Below, piece after piece: positions 52,778 to 64,000 of a stretch of DNA of 64,000 nucleotides (its first letter is position 1; each line of letters starts with the position of its first letter). A program made the translations under genes and the position numbers. The notes beneath the pieces were generated by a model. That model was not told where the DNA came from. It saw only the letters and a program-made list of their open reading frames with translations, and ran no database searches. The DNA lies in assembly GCA_963702425.1 (NCBI GenBank), contig CAVPCQ010000040.1, positions 32,001-96,000 of the forward strand, read 5' to 3'. Origin of the DNA: an uncultured Acidobacteriota bacterium (GTDB lineage: Bacteria; Acidobacteriota; Polarisedimenticolia; J045).

Positions 52778-53400
52778 CTACGAACGCTGGGTGTACTCCT
52801 GCTCGATCGCGACCACCCGGCGCCGGAACCCCTGGAAGAGCCGCCAGGTCAGGAGGACGCCGACCACGATCAGCAGCACGGCGACGAGCGTCGCGACGAC
52901 CGCCAGCACCGAGCCGACCAGCGCCAGGAGGTCCTCGAGGATCGAGAGGAAAGGAGACGCGAGGCCGGCCGTGCTGATCGTCGAGGCCAGCCGGATTTTC
53001 GCCTTGGCCGCGTGAACCCCCGCCGCGACCGGGGAGCCGACGAGCAGTCCGACGATCGTCGCGCTCATCGGCGACAGGCTCTCGAGCGACACGGCCATCA
53101 CGAGCAGCCCGGCCAGCGGCCGGACGAAGGTCTGCATCAGGTCGAGCAGGTGATCGACGACCGGGATTTGTCCGCCAGCAGCTCGACGACGACCGCCGTC
53201 CCGAAGACGATCAGCGCAGGGGTCGACCCGATCCAGGCGAAGCCGGAGTTGGGCAGGAAGTGCTCGCCCAGCACGAACTGCGCGACCTCGAACCGCGCCG
53301 CCAGGCCGGCGATGAACAGCGGCACGAAGGCCCGCAGCCCCGCGCACGCGGCGAGCGCGATGCCGGCAAGGACCTGCAGCGGTAGGGCGAGCGACTCCAT
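52778..53400 (-). CDS. DUF4126 family membrane protein (frameshift near 53170)
   Basis: LAACAGLRAFVPL, ELLADK/IPVVDHLLD, RPLAG, SILED. Confidence 0.85.
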
Positions 53401-53629
53401 CCGGGGCCTCCGGGAGACCCCTGATTATAGGTCGCCGGTCTCCCGGGCAGCCGCCACCGGGGGCCGAGGGGGGGCGCTCCCCCCCGGGGGGGAGGGGGGG
53501 CGCCCGGCGGGGCCTCCGGAACAAGCCCGAGAAGGGGACGGGTAAGGCGGCCTTCCGGTGTCAAGGTCCCCCCCGGGGGGCCGAAGAGAGTCCGGGGGAC
53601 GGGCTGCCCGTCCCGCGGAGTCGTTCCCG

Positions 53630-54406
53630 ATGAGCAAGTCCCTCGAGATCGGAACCGTGGCCGGCCTGGTGGTCGGCTGCCTGTCGATCTTCGGCTCGTT
53701 CCTGCTCGAAGGCGGGACGATGGACAAGCTGATCCTGATCCCCGCGATGATGATCGTCTTCGGCGGCACGGCGGCGACGGCGATGATCGGCGTCTCGCTC
53801 AAGCAGTTCCTGGCGATCCCCAAGTTCGCGATGATCGCCTTCTTCGCCCCCAAGGAAGACGTGCGCAAGCTGATCGACGAGATCGGCGAGATCGCCAAGC
53901 AGGTGCGGCGTCAGTCGCTGCTGGCGATGGAGAAGGAACTCCCCAAGATTCAGAACCCGTTCCTGAAGCGGCTGCTGGGCCTGGCGATCGACGGGATGGA
54001 CCCGGGCAGCCTGCGCACGGTCGCAGAATCGGAGATGAACTACGTCGCCGAGCGCCACAACGCCAACGCCAGCGTCTTCGCCAAGATGGGCGGCTACGCG
54101 CCGACGATGGGGATCATCGGGACGGTCATGGGGCTGATCGCCACGCTGTCGCACGCCGGCGGCGAGCCCACCGAGCTGATCAAGGGGATCGCGACCGCCT
54201 TCATCGCGACGCTGTGGGGCGTCTTCACCGCCAACATCATCTTCCTGCCGCTGTCCGACAAGCTGAAGAACATCCACGCCGAGGAGAGCATGGCGATGGA
54301 GGTGGTGCTCGAGGGGGTGCTCTCGATCCAGGCCGGCGAGGCGCCGGGGATCACGAAGGCCAAGCTGCAGTCGATGCTGCCGGGCGCGCAGCAGGAAGGC
54401 CGCTGA
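53630..54406 (+). CDS. motA: Stator protein MotA
   Basis: GGYAPTMGIIGTVMGLI, IATAFIATLWG, EGVLSIQAGE. Confidence 0.9.
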   Translation: MSKSLEIGTVAGLVVGCLSIFGSFLLEGGTMDKLILIPAMMIVFGGTAATAMIGVSLKQFLAIPKFAMIAFFAPKEDVRKLIDEIGEIAKQVRRQSLLAMEKELPKIQNPFLKRLLGLAIDGMDPGSLRTVAESEMNYVAERHNANASVFAKMGGYAPTMGIIGTVMGLIATLSHAGGEPTELIKGIATAFIATLWGVFTANIIFLPLSDKLKNIHAEESMAMEVVLEGVLSIQAGEAPGITKAKLQSMLPGAQQEGR

Positions 54407-54409
54407 TCC

Positions 54410-55090
54410 ATGGGCCGGAAGAAGCGCCACGAGGGCGAGCACGACAGCTCCGAGCGCTGGCTGCTGACCTACGCCGACCTGATCACGCTGCTGCTGGGCC
54501 TGTTCGTCATCCTCTACGCCGGCTCGCAGGTCGACGCGAAGAAGTTCGAGGAGGTGATGTCGGCCTTCTCACAGATCTTCGGCGGCGGTGCCGGGATCCT
54601 CGACGGCCAGGCCGGTGCGCTCTCCGCCCCGGTCCTGCCGAAGGAGCAGGAAGAGAAGCTGCGCGAGATGGTCAAGGAGTCGCTGGGGGACGCGCTGGAA
54701 AACGCGCAGATCGCCCTCTCCGAGTCCGAGCGCGGCGTGACCGTCTCGGTCGCCGACGTGCTGCTCTTCGACCCGGCTCAGGCGGCGCTCCGGCCGGAGG
54801 CGCTGCCGGTGCTGGAGAAGATCGCGCGCACGGTGTCGTCGGTCCCCAACGAGATCCGCGTCGAGGGGCACACCGACAACGCGCCGATCCGGACCGGCGA
54901 CTACCCCTCCAACTGGCACCTCTCGGTCGCCCGCTCGCTGAACGTCGCCTACTACCTGCTGGAGCACGGCGCGATCGACCCGTCGCGGATGGCGATCACC
55001 GGCTTCGGCGAGTTCCGGCCGGTCGCGCCCAACGAGACGCCGGAGGGACGCGCGCGCAACCGCCGCGTGGACATCGTCCTCGTCAAGTGA
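54410..55090 (+). CDS. motB: Stator protein MotB
   Basis: WLLTYADLITLLLGLFVILY TM with the conserved Asp; OmpA-like VEGHTD...NWHLSVAR...NRRVDI. Confidence 0.92.
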   Translation: MGRKKRHEGEHDSSERWLLTYADLITLLLGLFVILYAGSQVDAKKFEEVMSAFSQIFGGGAGILDGQAGALSAPVLPKEQEEKLREMVKESLGDALENAQIALSESERGVTVSVADVLLFDPAQAALRPEALPVLEKIARTVSSVPNEIRVEGHTDNAPIRTGDYPSNWHLSVARSLNVAYYLLEHGAIDPSRMAITGFGEFRPVAPNETPEGRARNRRVDIVLVK

Positions 55091-55205
55091 CGTAGGGGCC
55101 GGCCTCCGTGCCGGCCCGCAGCGCCCTCCGCCGCTTGAAACACCCAGTTACTTCGACGCCCCCCGCCGTCCGGCGTACCTTCCAGCAGCGCGTGGGGGTG
55201 GTTCG

Positions 55206-58200
55206 ATGCTTCATCCGGAGCTTCGTCTTGCACGGCGGGCGGCGGCCGCGACGGCGCTGCTCTGCGCGTGCCTCGCCGCGACGGCGCAGGACTTCGTACC
55301 CTCGCCGAACGGCCACCGCGCGTCGAACGCCGAGCAGCCGATGACGATCGAGGCCGTCGACGCGGGGGTCCGCGTCGCGGCGCTCGACCCCGTGCGCCCC
55401 GGGCTCGACGCCACGCTTTCCCTGGTCGCGGCGGGACCTGCGGACGCGGTCGTCCCGGTTCGCCGGACCTCGCCGCGCGTCACCGGATCGCGCGCGGAGT
55501 TCTCGCGCGGCGGCTTCGTCGAGTGGTACGTCAACACCCCGCGGGGCCTCGAGCTGGGCCTGACCGTCGACGGGCCGCTTCCGGGACCGCTCGTGTTCGA
55601 GTACGCCACGGGCGGCGCGCTGGCGCCGAAGCTCGCCGAGGACGGGCGCTCGTTCGAGTACCGGCTGGACGACAGCGCGCCGGTCTTCGTCTACGGCCAG
55701 CTCAACGCGCACGACGACGCGGGGCGCGAGATCCCGGCGTCGTGGGAGCCGATCCTCGACGCGACGGGAGCAGTCGCCGGCCTGCGGCTGACGCTGGGGA
55801 TCGACGGTCACGCTCCCCCGTATCACGTCGCCGGGCTGATCACCCGCGGCGACCTGGAGTCGAGGAGCGAGCCGAAGGGTGAGCCGAAGCCGGTCCCGTC
55901 GCCCGCGGCCCCGGACGCCGCGCCCGGGACGGACGCCCCACCGACCAACGACCTCTGCGCCGGCGCCGAGAACGTCCCGACCGCCGGCCCCTTCCCCTAC
56001 CTCACCGGGATCTACGACATCACCGACGCGACGAGCACCGGCGATCCGCCGCTGCCGAGCTGCCAGGCGAGCGTCGTGCGCAGCGTCTGGTTCACCTTTA
56101 CGCCGGGGACGAGCGGCCCGCACACGCTGTCCCTGTGCGCCGACGGGCCGACGGCAACGACCGTCGACGACACCATCCTGGCGGTCTACACCTCGTCCAA
56201 CGGCGGCTGCACTGGCACCTTCACGCAGGTCGCGGGCGGCTGCGACGACGACGGCTGCACCGTGGAAGCCGTGCAGTCGGCGATTGCCAACCTGGCCCTG
56301 ACCGCGGGCACGAAGTACTTCGTCGTGGCCTACACCTACTCCGGGCTCCTGCCGATCCCGGGCAGCACCGACATCCAGCTGCGCGTCACCGCCCCGGCGG
56401 CCGCGCCGCCCAACGACCAGTGCGCGGGGGCCGAGGCGATCCCGGCCGGGTCCTACCCGGTCAGCGGCTCGCTCGCGCCGGACATCACCAACGCCACCTC
56501 GACCGGCGATCCGGGTGCGCCGTCGTGCCAGGCGATCGTCTCGCGCAGCGTCTGGTACACCTTCACGCCGGATCAGACAGCGGCCTACGAGATCTCGACC
56601 TGCGCCGGCGCGCCGACCGGCACGACCGTCGACGACACGGTGCTCGCCCTCTACACCTCGTCGAACGGGACCTGCAGCGGGACCTTCACGCCGGTCGGCA
56701 GCGCCTGCGACGACAACGGCTGCGACAACGAGGTCAGCCAGGCCGTCCTCCCGTCGATCGGCCTGACCGCGGGAACGAAGTACTACCTCCTCATCCATCA
56801 GTCCGGGACGACGGCCCCGACCGCCGGCAACACCGCCGTCCAGGTGCGGATCGCGAGGAATGCGCCGCCGCCCGGCAACGACCAGTGCCCCGGGGCCGAG
56901 GTGATCCCCGCCGGCCCCTATCCGGCCCTGAGCTCGGTCACGGCCGACATCACGGCCGCGACCACGACCGGCGACCCCCCGACGCCGTCCTGCCAGGCCA
57001 ATGTCTCCCGCAGCCTCTGGTACCGTTTCACGCCGGCGGAGAGCGGCAGCTACGAGGTCTCGACCTGCGCCGACTCGCCGACCGGAACCACGGTCGACGA
57101 CACCGTGCTCGCGGTCTACACCTCGTCGAACGGCAACTGCGGCGGGGCGCTCACGCAGGTCTCCGGGGCCTGCGACGACAACGCGTGCGTCAGCGAGACC
57201 AGCCAGGCGCTGATTAGTGTGGTCAGCCTGAGCGCGGGAACCCCGTACTACATCCTGGTCCACAAGTTCGGCACGACGCCTCCGACGGCCGGAAACACGG
57301 CGGTCCAGGTCCTGGTGAACCGCAACCCAACGCCACCGGCGAACGACCTCTGCTCCGGGGCGGAGGTCGTCCCGCCGGCCGGGCCCTTCCCCTACCTCAC
57401 CTCGCTCGACCCGAACATCACGTACGCCACCGACGCGGGCGACCCGCCGTCCAAGCCCTCGTGCCAGCCCAACGTCTCGCGCGGCACGTGGTACGCCTTC
57501 ACGCCGTCGGTGACCGGGAGCTACAACCTCTCGCTCTGCGCCGACGCCCCGACCGGGACGACCGTCGACGACACGGTCCTCGCGGTCTACACCTCGTCGA
57601 ACGGAACCTGCGCGGGGACGTTCACCCAGGTCGGCGGCGCGTGCGACGACGATTCCTGCACGAACGAGGGGAGCCAGTCGGTCCTGAACGGCCTGAACCT
57701 GGCGGCGGGGACGACCTACTACATCCTCGCCTACAAGTACAGCAACGTCGCGCCGACGGCGGGGAATACCGCGGTCCAGCTGCGCGTCGACTACAACGCG
57801 CCGCCGGCGAACGACACCTGCGGGGCGGCCACGCCGCTCGCGCTCGACACGCCGCTCGCCGGGAAGAACCAGTTCGGCGCGAACAACACCGAGCTTCCGG
57901 CCGGCAGCCCGTGCTTCACGGGCCTCGGCCAGACGGCTTCGACGGCGATCGGCCGCGACGTCGTCTACTCGTTCACCGCCCCTTCGGCCGGCCTCTACTC
58001 GTTCCGCATCACGGGGTTCTCGACCTCCCTCAACCCGGTGCTCTACCTGGCCGGCGACTGCCCGGCGGCCGCCCCGCCGGCGAACGTCACGGGGTGCCTC
58101 GAGGCGGCCAACCGCAACACCGGCAACGGCGCCGAGGAGACGGACTGCGTCGCGCTCTCCTCCGGGCAGGCGGTCTACCTCTATGTCGACGAGAACACCT

Positions 58201-59815
58201 TCAGCAGCGGGAGCCCCTTCACGGTCGAGGTCAACCGCTGCACCCGCGAGACGGAGCCGAACGGGACCCCCGCCACCGCCAACGAACCGGCGTGCGGCAT
58301 CGAGGGCTCGATCGGCACCGCTTCCGAGGCCGACTTCTTCCGGCTCGGCGTGCCGGCCGCCAGCGCGCGCGTCTTCGCCCTCGCCGACGGCGTGGCCGCG
58401 AACTCGACCGACTTCGACCTGCGCGTGACCACATCGACCGACACGCTCGAGTACGACGACCAGAACAACGACGCGCCCTTCGGCGCGCTGGCCCCGAACG
58501 TCGCCGGGACGATCGCGCCGGCAGCGGCGGCGTACGTCCGGGTCTCCCCCTTCAGCGTCTCGGCCGTCAGCGAGCCGTACCGGCTGTACGCGGTGATCCA
58601 GCCGCCGTCGTCCGGCGCAACGCCGGAGATCGAGCCGAACGATGCGGTCGCACAGGCGACGGCCGGCGCCAACGAGTACTTCTCCGGCGCGCTGGCGTCG
58701 ACCGCCGACGTCGACCTCTTCGCCCTGACGGCGAGTGCCGGCGAGCTGCTCGTGGTCGGGCTCGACCCCGACCCCACGCGCAACAACACCCCCTTCAACC
58801 CGACCCTCGCGCTGCTCGACCCGGCCGGCGTGACGCTGCGCTCGGTCAACGACACCGGCTCGCTCTCGACCACCGCCTCCGGCGCCGGGAACCTCGAGTC
58901 GACCACGCCGAACTCGCCGGCGGAAGGGCTCATCTGGCGGGTGCGCGCGAGCGGCACGCACTACGTGCGCGTCGGCTGGTCGAGTGGGCCGGCCGGCGAC
59001 TACCTGGTCTCGATCGCCCACGACTGCCGGGTCAAGCCGGCAACCGACCTCGCCGTGACGCAGGTGGACGCGCCGGACCCGGTCGCCCCGGGCGCGAACG
59101 TCACCTACACCGTGACGGTGTCGAACGCCGGCGCCCACCCGGCATCCGTCGTCACGCTGCGCGACGACCTGTCGGCCAACGCGACGCTCGTCTCGGCGAC
59201 GCCGAGCCAGGGCTCGTGCGGCGCCACCGTGCCCGTGACCTGCGACCTCGGGACGATCGGAAGCGGCGGCGCGGCGACGGTGACGGTCGTCGCCGGTGCG
59301 CCGGGCACGGCCCCCGCTACGATCACGAACACCGCGCGCGTCACGAGCGCCACGCTCGACGTCGTCCCGGGCAACGACGCGTCGACGGCGACGACTGCGG
59401 TCGCCGGCGGCCCCGACGGCGACGGCGACGGCGTGCCGGACGCCGGCGACTGCGCGCCCGCCGACAACACCGCGTGGGCTCTCCCCTCGCCCGCGCTCGA
59501 CCTCGTCTTCCCGAGCGTCCTCGACCGCACGCTGCTCGGCTGGTCCCCGCCCGCCGCCCCCGGCGGGACGGCGGTACGCTACGACCTCCTGCGCAGCCCC
59601 GCGGCGAACAACTTCTCGACGCCGTTCTGTCTCGCGAAGAACGGGACCGCGCTGACGGGTTCTGTGTCGCGAAGAACGTGAGCGCGCTGACCGCGCACGA
59701 CGGCGCGATCCCGGCCGCCGCGTTCTTCTACGTCGCGCGCAGCCGGAACGCCTGCGGCGCCAACGCCGGGACCGACTCCGCCGGGACGCCGCGCATCGCG
59801 GGGGCCTGCCCGTAG
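55206..59815 (+). CDS. Large secreted repeat protein: 4-5 Cys-rich ~155-aa modules, PPC-like and DUF11-like domains, Fn3-like C-terminal domain (frameshift at 35-bp duplication ~59624-59693)
   Basis: Signal peptide; NDxCxGAE...SCQ...VWYxFTP...TTVDDTVLAVYTSSNG repeats; EPND motifs; DLAVTQVDAPDPV; DGDGDGVPD. Confidence 0.85.
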
Positions 59816-59906
59816 GCGGCACCGGCCGACGGGCGCGACACCCCGTAGCCTTCGCCGCGTCGCGGCATCACACTGTCCCACCCGCCCGGATCGTCCATCG
59901 AGGCCC

Positions 59907-62286
59907 GTGTTCCACCGTCGCCGCTGCCGCCGGCTTACGCCTCGCGAGACGGTCGTTTTCTCCGTCCTCGCCGCGCTGGCCCTGTCCGCCCACCCGGCGA
60001 TTGCGATCTCCGGCCCCGAGTTCGGCGCCGTGCCGCGCGCGGAGGGCCCGGTGAAGATCGACGGCGTCCTCGACGAAGCCGCGTGGCAGCAGGCGCTCGC
60101 GATCCCGCTCCCGTACGAGGTCTACCCCGGCGACAACTCGCCGGCCCCGGTCTCGACGACCGCGCTCCTGCTCTTCGACGACGCCAACCTCTACGTCGGC
60201 TTCCGCGCCGAGGACCCCGCCCCCGGACCGGATCCGCGCGCACTACACCGACCGCGACACCGCCTACCGCAACGACCTCGTCGGCGTGCTGCTCGACCCG
60301 TTCGACGACCAGCGCCACGGCTACCTGTTCGCGGCCAACCCCTACGGGGTGCAGATGGACTCGCGCGCCCAGCAGGACGGCGAGGGGCGGGGGTTCAACG
60401 TCGCCGGGCGCTCCGGCCGAGGACGGCAGCTGGGACGAGCTCTGGGAGTCCGCCGGGCGGGTCGGTCCCGAAGGCTTCACGGTCGAGCTCGCGATCCCCT
60501 TCAGGTCGCTGCGCTACCCGCGCGGCGGCGGCCCCCAGTCCTGGGGGTTCGTCGCCTTCCGGCAGCGGCCGCGCACCGAGCGCGTCCGGACCCAGTCCTC
60601 TCCCGTCGACCGCGACGACAACTGCTGGTTCTGCCAGCTCGGACGGATCGCGCTGCCCGAGGCGCCGCGGCCGGGCCCGGCGATCGAGCTGCTTCCGACC
60701 CTGACCTGGCTGCGCAGCGAGGCCCGCGCCGACGGCCCGTCCGGCCTGCCGGCGTCCGAGCGCGACCTCGAGGTTCGAGCAGAACGAGGTCGACGCCGGG
60801 CTCTCGGCGCGCTGGGGCTTCACCCCCAACTCGAGCCTCAATCTCGCGCTCAACCCCGACTTCTCGCAGATCGAGGCCGACGCGCTCCAGCTCGACGTCA
60901 ACAACCGCTTCGCGCTCTTCTACCCCGAAAAGCGCCCGCTCTTCCTCGAGGGGGCCGACCTGTTCGCCACGCCGATCGGCGTGGTCTACACCCGCACGAT
61001 CGTCGACCCTTCCGCCGTCGCCAAGATCACGATGCGCGAGGGGCGCAACAGCCTCGGCGCCTTCGTGGCCCGGGACGAGCCGACCGCCTTCGTGCTCCCC
61101 TTCCCCGACGGTTCGTTCGGCACCGGTTTCCCGGGCGCGAACACGACCGGCGTGCTGCGCTACCGCCGCGACATCGGCAGCGGCTCTTCGCTCGGGGCGA
61201 TCGCCACCCTGCGCGACGGGGAAGCCGACGCCGACCTCGATCCGGACGACACCGCGGAGCCGGTCGATCGCGGCTACCGGAACTTCGCCGGCGGCCTGGA
61301 CGGCGTCCTCCGCCTCTCCCCTGCCGACGTGGTGACCGCGCAGTGGCTGACCACCTCGACCGACTATCCGGACGCCTTCGCCCGCGCGTTCGAGCAGCCG
61401 ATCGGACGTTCTCGGGTACCGGCTGGACCGCGGACTACGCCCACGAGGCCCGCTTCTGGAGCTGGTACGCCGGGGCCGGCACGCGCTCCCCCGGCTTCCG
61501 CGCCGACGCCGGCTTCATCCCGCGGATCGATCTCCGCTCGGCCTACCTCTCCGGCGGGCGCAGCTTCTACGCCGCACCCGGGTCGTGGTGGACGCGTCTG
61601 CGGATCTTCGCCGAGTGGGAGCGCGCCGAGAACACCGCCGGCGAGTTGCTCGAGGACGAGTGGGCGGTCGAGCTGAACTACAGCGGCCCCTACCAGTCGT
61701 CGGCCAGCTCCGACCGATGCGGGTCCGCGAGTCGTTCCGGGGGACGGTCTACGACCAGCGCGGGATCCGGTTCTTCGGCAACGTGCGGCCGACGGGAGAC
61801 TTCACGACCTCGCTCTCCGCCTTCTACGGCGACGGCATCGACTACGTGAACAACCGTCCCGGGCGGCAGCTCGTGATCGAGCCGGGCCTGACCTGGAACG
61901 CCGGCCGGCACTTCTACCTGCAGCTGGACGACGAGTACGAGCGCTTCGACGAGGCCGGCGGCCGCCTCTACACCGCGAACCAGGCCAACGCCCGCCTGAT
62001 CTACCAGTTCGACGTGCGGACCTTCGTCCGGCTGGTCGTCCAGTGGACCGCCATCGACCGCAACCTCGACCTGTACGGCGCGGGCGCCGGCGGCGGCGAG
62101 GACGACGGCCTCCCCCTCGCCCGCGAGCGCCGGCTCCTGGGCCAGTTCCTCTTCGCCTACAAGCTCGGCCCCCAGACCGTCTTCTTCGCCGGCTTCGACG
62201 AGCGGTCTTTCGAGTCGGAGGCCGTCCCGCTCCACCTCACCGACCGGACCGTTTTCCTGAAGATCGGGTACGACTGGCGGCCCTGA
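59907..62286 (+). CDS. CBM9-like/DUF5916 outer-membrane protein (several frameshifts)
   Basis: IDGVLDEAAW, ELAIPFRSLRY, NPDFSQIEAD...NNRFALFYPEKRPLFLEG, C-terminal FLKIGYDW. Confidence 0.8.
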
Positions 62287-62561
62287 GGCCGGCACCGGCA
62301 AGGCGAATACAAGGCGAATATATTGCCGGAAGATACTAACTAACAATGCCGCTTGCCTAGCTCTTTCCCGGCGCGTAAGGTTGGATCGAGCCGGGGCATT
62401 CAGGGATAGCTCCCGCCCCCCACGGCGTCGGGTCTGCCCGTTTCGGAGTGCGGCCGAGTATCGCCGCCGCCGGGCGTGTTTTCTCGGCGCGCTGCCGGCG
62501 GCGGCTCCGGTCGAACCACCCCCTCGCGCCGGGGACGCCGCGCGCACCCGGGAGGCCCGTG

Positions 62562-62963
62562 ATGAGCCAGCACCTCTTGATTCTCGAGATGGAGTGCCCC
62601 GCCTGCCGGGCGATCCTGACGGAGGGGGCGACGGTCCACCTCGACGCCCATGTCGACGAGCAGAACCAGGACGGCGCCGTCTTCCTGAGCGCGGTCTTCG
62701 GCGACCACGGCATCACGACCGACCTGGCGATCCGAGAGGGGGCGACGGTCGAGTTCCGGTGCCCGCACTGCGACGCGTCGCTGATGCTGCGCCACCCCTG
62801 CACGCTCTGCGGCGCGCCGATGGCGTCGATCAACATCACGAGCGGCGGCTACCTCGAGTTCTGCTCGCGACGTGGCTGCCGCGGGCACGCACTCGGCGGC
62901 TTCGGCGACGTCGACCAGATGATGTCGCTCGTCAATCGCATGCTCAAGACACCGCACGACTGA
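62562..62963 (+). CDS. Cys-rich metal-binding protein at the head of the oxidoreductase operon
   Basis: CPAC, CPHC, CTLC and CSRRGCRGH; GGAGG RBS. Confidence 0.75.
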   Translation: MSQHLLILEMECPACRAILTEGATVHLDAHVDEQNQDGAVFLSAVFGDHGITTDLAIREGATVEFRCPHCDASLMLRHPCTLCGAPMASINITSGGYLEFCSRRGCRGHALGGFGDVDQMMSLVNRMLKTPHD

Positions 62964-62978
62964 GCGGAGACCGCAGCG

Positions 62979-63449
62979 ATGTCCTCGCACCGGAAGTACG
63001 ACTTCAAGAACCAGAGCTTCGCCGGCGAGCAGGGCCGGCTGATCCCGCTGCTCCAGCAGGCGCAGGAGCAGGAGGGCTACCTCAGCCGCGACGGCCTGCT
63101 GCGGATCCAGCGCGAGTCCGGGATCCCGCTGTCGCAGATCTACGGCGTCGCCACCTTCTACGCCCAGTTCCGGCTCAAGCCGGTCGGCAAGCACCTGGTG
63201 CGCGTCTGCCACGGCACCGCCTGCCACGTCAGCGGCGCAATCGAGGTGACGCAGGCGATCGGCAAGCACCTCGGGATCGCCAACGGCGAGACGACGCCCG
63301 ACCGGAAGTTCACGCTGGAGACCGTGTCCTGCCTGGGCTGCTGCAGCCTGGCGCCGGCTCTGATGATCGGCAGCACCACCTACGGGAACCTCAGCCCGTC
63401 CTCGGTGGTCAAGCTGGTGAAGAAGTTCCAGAAGGAGGACCACTCGTGA
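62979..63449 (+). CDS. nuoE: NuoE/HydC-like 2Fe-2S subunit
   Basis: YGVATFYAQF, VCHGTACHV, SCLGCCSLAP. Confidence 0.9.
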   Translation: MSSHRKYDFKNQSFAGEQGRLIPLLQQAQEQEGYLSRDGLLRIQRESGIPLSQIYGVATFYAQFRLKPVGKHLVRVCHGTACHVSGAIEVTQAIGKHLGIANGETTPDRKFTLETVSCLGCCSLAPALMIGSTTYGNLSPSSVVKLVKKFQKEDHS

Positions 63450-64000
63450 CCCGCGTGCTGGTCGGCCTCGGCACCTGCGGCATCGCGGCCGGCGCGGAGG
63501 AGACGCTGCGCGCCGTCACGGCCAAGCTGGCTGCGGCGCCCGACGGCGTCGAGCTCGCGCGCGCCGGCTGCATCGGGATGTGCTACCGGGAGCCGCTCGT
63601 CGAGATCCGTCACGACGACGGGGCGCGCTTCCTCTACGGCCCGATCGGCGCGGACCGCGTCGAGCGCCTGCTCGACGAGCACGTCGGGCAGGGCAAGCCG
63701 GTCGCCGAGTGGCTGGTCTGGTCGAGCGCCGGCGAGGGGAGCGAGAAGTCGTTCCTCGACCGCCAGCAGCGGATCGTCCTCCGGAACTGCGGCGTGATCG
63801 ACCCCGAGGTCATCGACGACTACGTCGCGCGCGACGGCTACAAGGCGCAGGCCAGGGTCCTGGCCGATGGCGATCCCGACGGGCTGATCAACGTCATCGT
63901 CGAGTCCGGCCTGCGCGGCCGCGGCGGCGCCGGCTTCCTGACCGGGATGAAGTGGCGCTTCACGCGGCTCGCGCCCGGCCCGCACAAGTACATCATCTGC
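63446..64000 (+). CDS. nuoF: NuoF/HydB-like flavin subunit with N-terminal thioredoxin-like 2Fe-2S domain (3' partial)
   Basis: GTCGIAAGA, GCIGMCYREP, QQRIVLRNCG, SGLRGRGGAGF. Confidence 0.88.
   Translation, partial: MTRVLVGLGTCGIAAGAEETLRAVTAKLAAAPDGVELARAGCIGMCYREPLVEIRHDDGARFLYGPIGADRVERLLDEHVGQGKPVAEWLVWSSAGEGSEKSFLDRQQRIVLRNCGVIDPEVIDDYVARDGYKAQARVLADGDPDGLINVIVESGLRGRGGAGFLTGMKWRFTRLAPGPHKYIIC

Noticed and set aside
53455-53585. G/C-run palindromes between DUF4126 and motA
   Set aside because: Low-complexity GC hairpins are expected at this composition, and nothing specific supports a function.
53630-55090. Zorya ZorAB defence system
   Set aside because: MotA is ~258 aa with no long ZorA tail, and there is no zorC/D/E.
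59624-59693. 35-bp imperfect duplication as a regulatory switch
   Set aside because: It looks like two alternative versions of one segment placed in tandem; an assembly artefact is at least as likely.
55083-59822. 1579-aa antisense ORF and similar long shadow ORFs
   Set aside because: Arg/Gly/Ala-rich and motif-free; an expected by-product of high GC3 on the opposite strand.
2087-62286. Programmed frameshifting or mass pseudogenisation
   Set aside because: Small indels occur in many unrelated, otherwise intact genes without accumulated stop codons, which fits long-read consensus error better.

Overview
Very GC-rich bacterial window. The style of the secreted proteins suggests an Acidobacteriota-like diderm, but that is inference. 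Many otherwise intact genes carry small frameshifts, which probably reflect long-read consensus error. In order: (1) a minus-strand operon of a cNMP-AckA-PduL fusion, a Tat/lipoprotein-signal L-serine dehydratase and an AspT/YidE antiporter; (2) a housekeeping block with VIT-like protein, K+ channel, ThiN, decayed toxin-antitoxin genes, thioesterase, GNAT, YciI, an RpoH-like sigma coupled to a MutT/PD-(D/E)XK fusion, and a CocE hydrolase; (3) a ~19 kb polymorphic toxin locus (18.2-37.2 kb). It has one ~2,280-aa Rhs protein with a Sec-type leader broken by a G10 tract and two inserted beta-rich domains. Four orphan Rhs-core cassettes follow: three with tips (Het-C/Zn-PLC-like, M91-like HExxH, permuted papain-like), each followed by membrane or exported immunity candidates, and one tipless cassette split by an IS21 with a 6-bp target duplication; (4) a GT9-methyltransferase-TMTC-SixA-Ppx-basic protein-CHAD run interrupted by an inverted DUF222-like HNH gene; (5) secreted fibre/adhesin-like proteins, an orphan motAB, a CBM9/DUF5916 protein and the start of a nuoEF/hydCB-like operon. 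No rRNA, tRNA or CRISPR array was seen.
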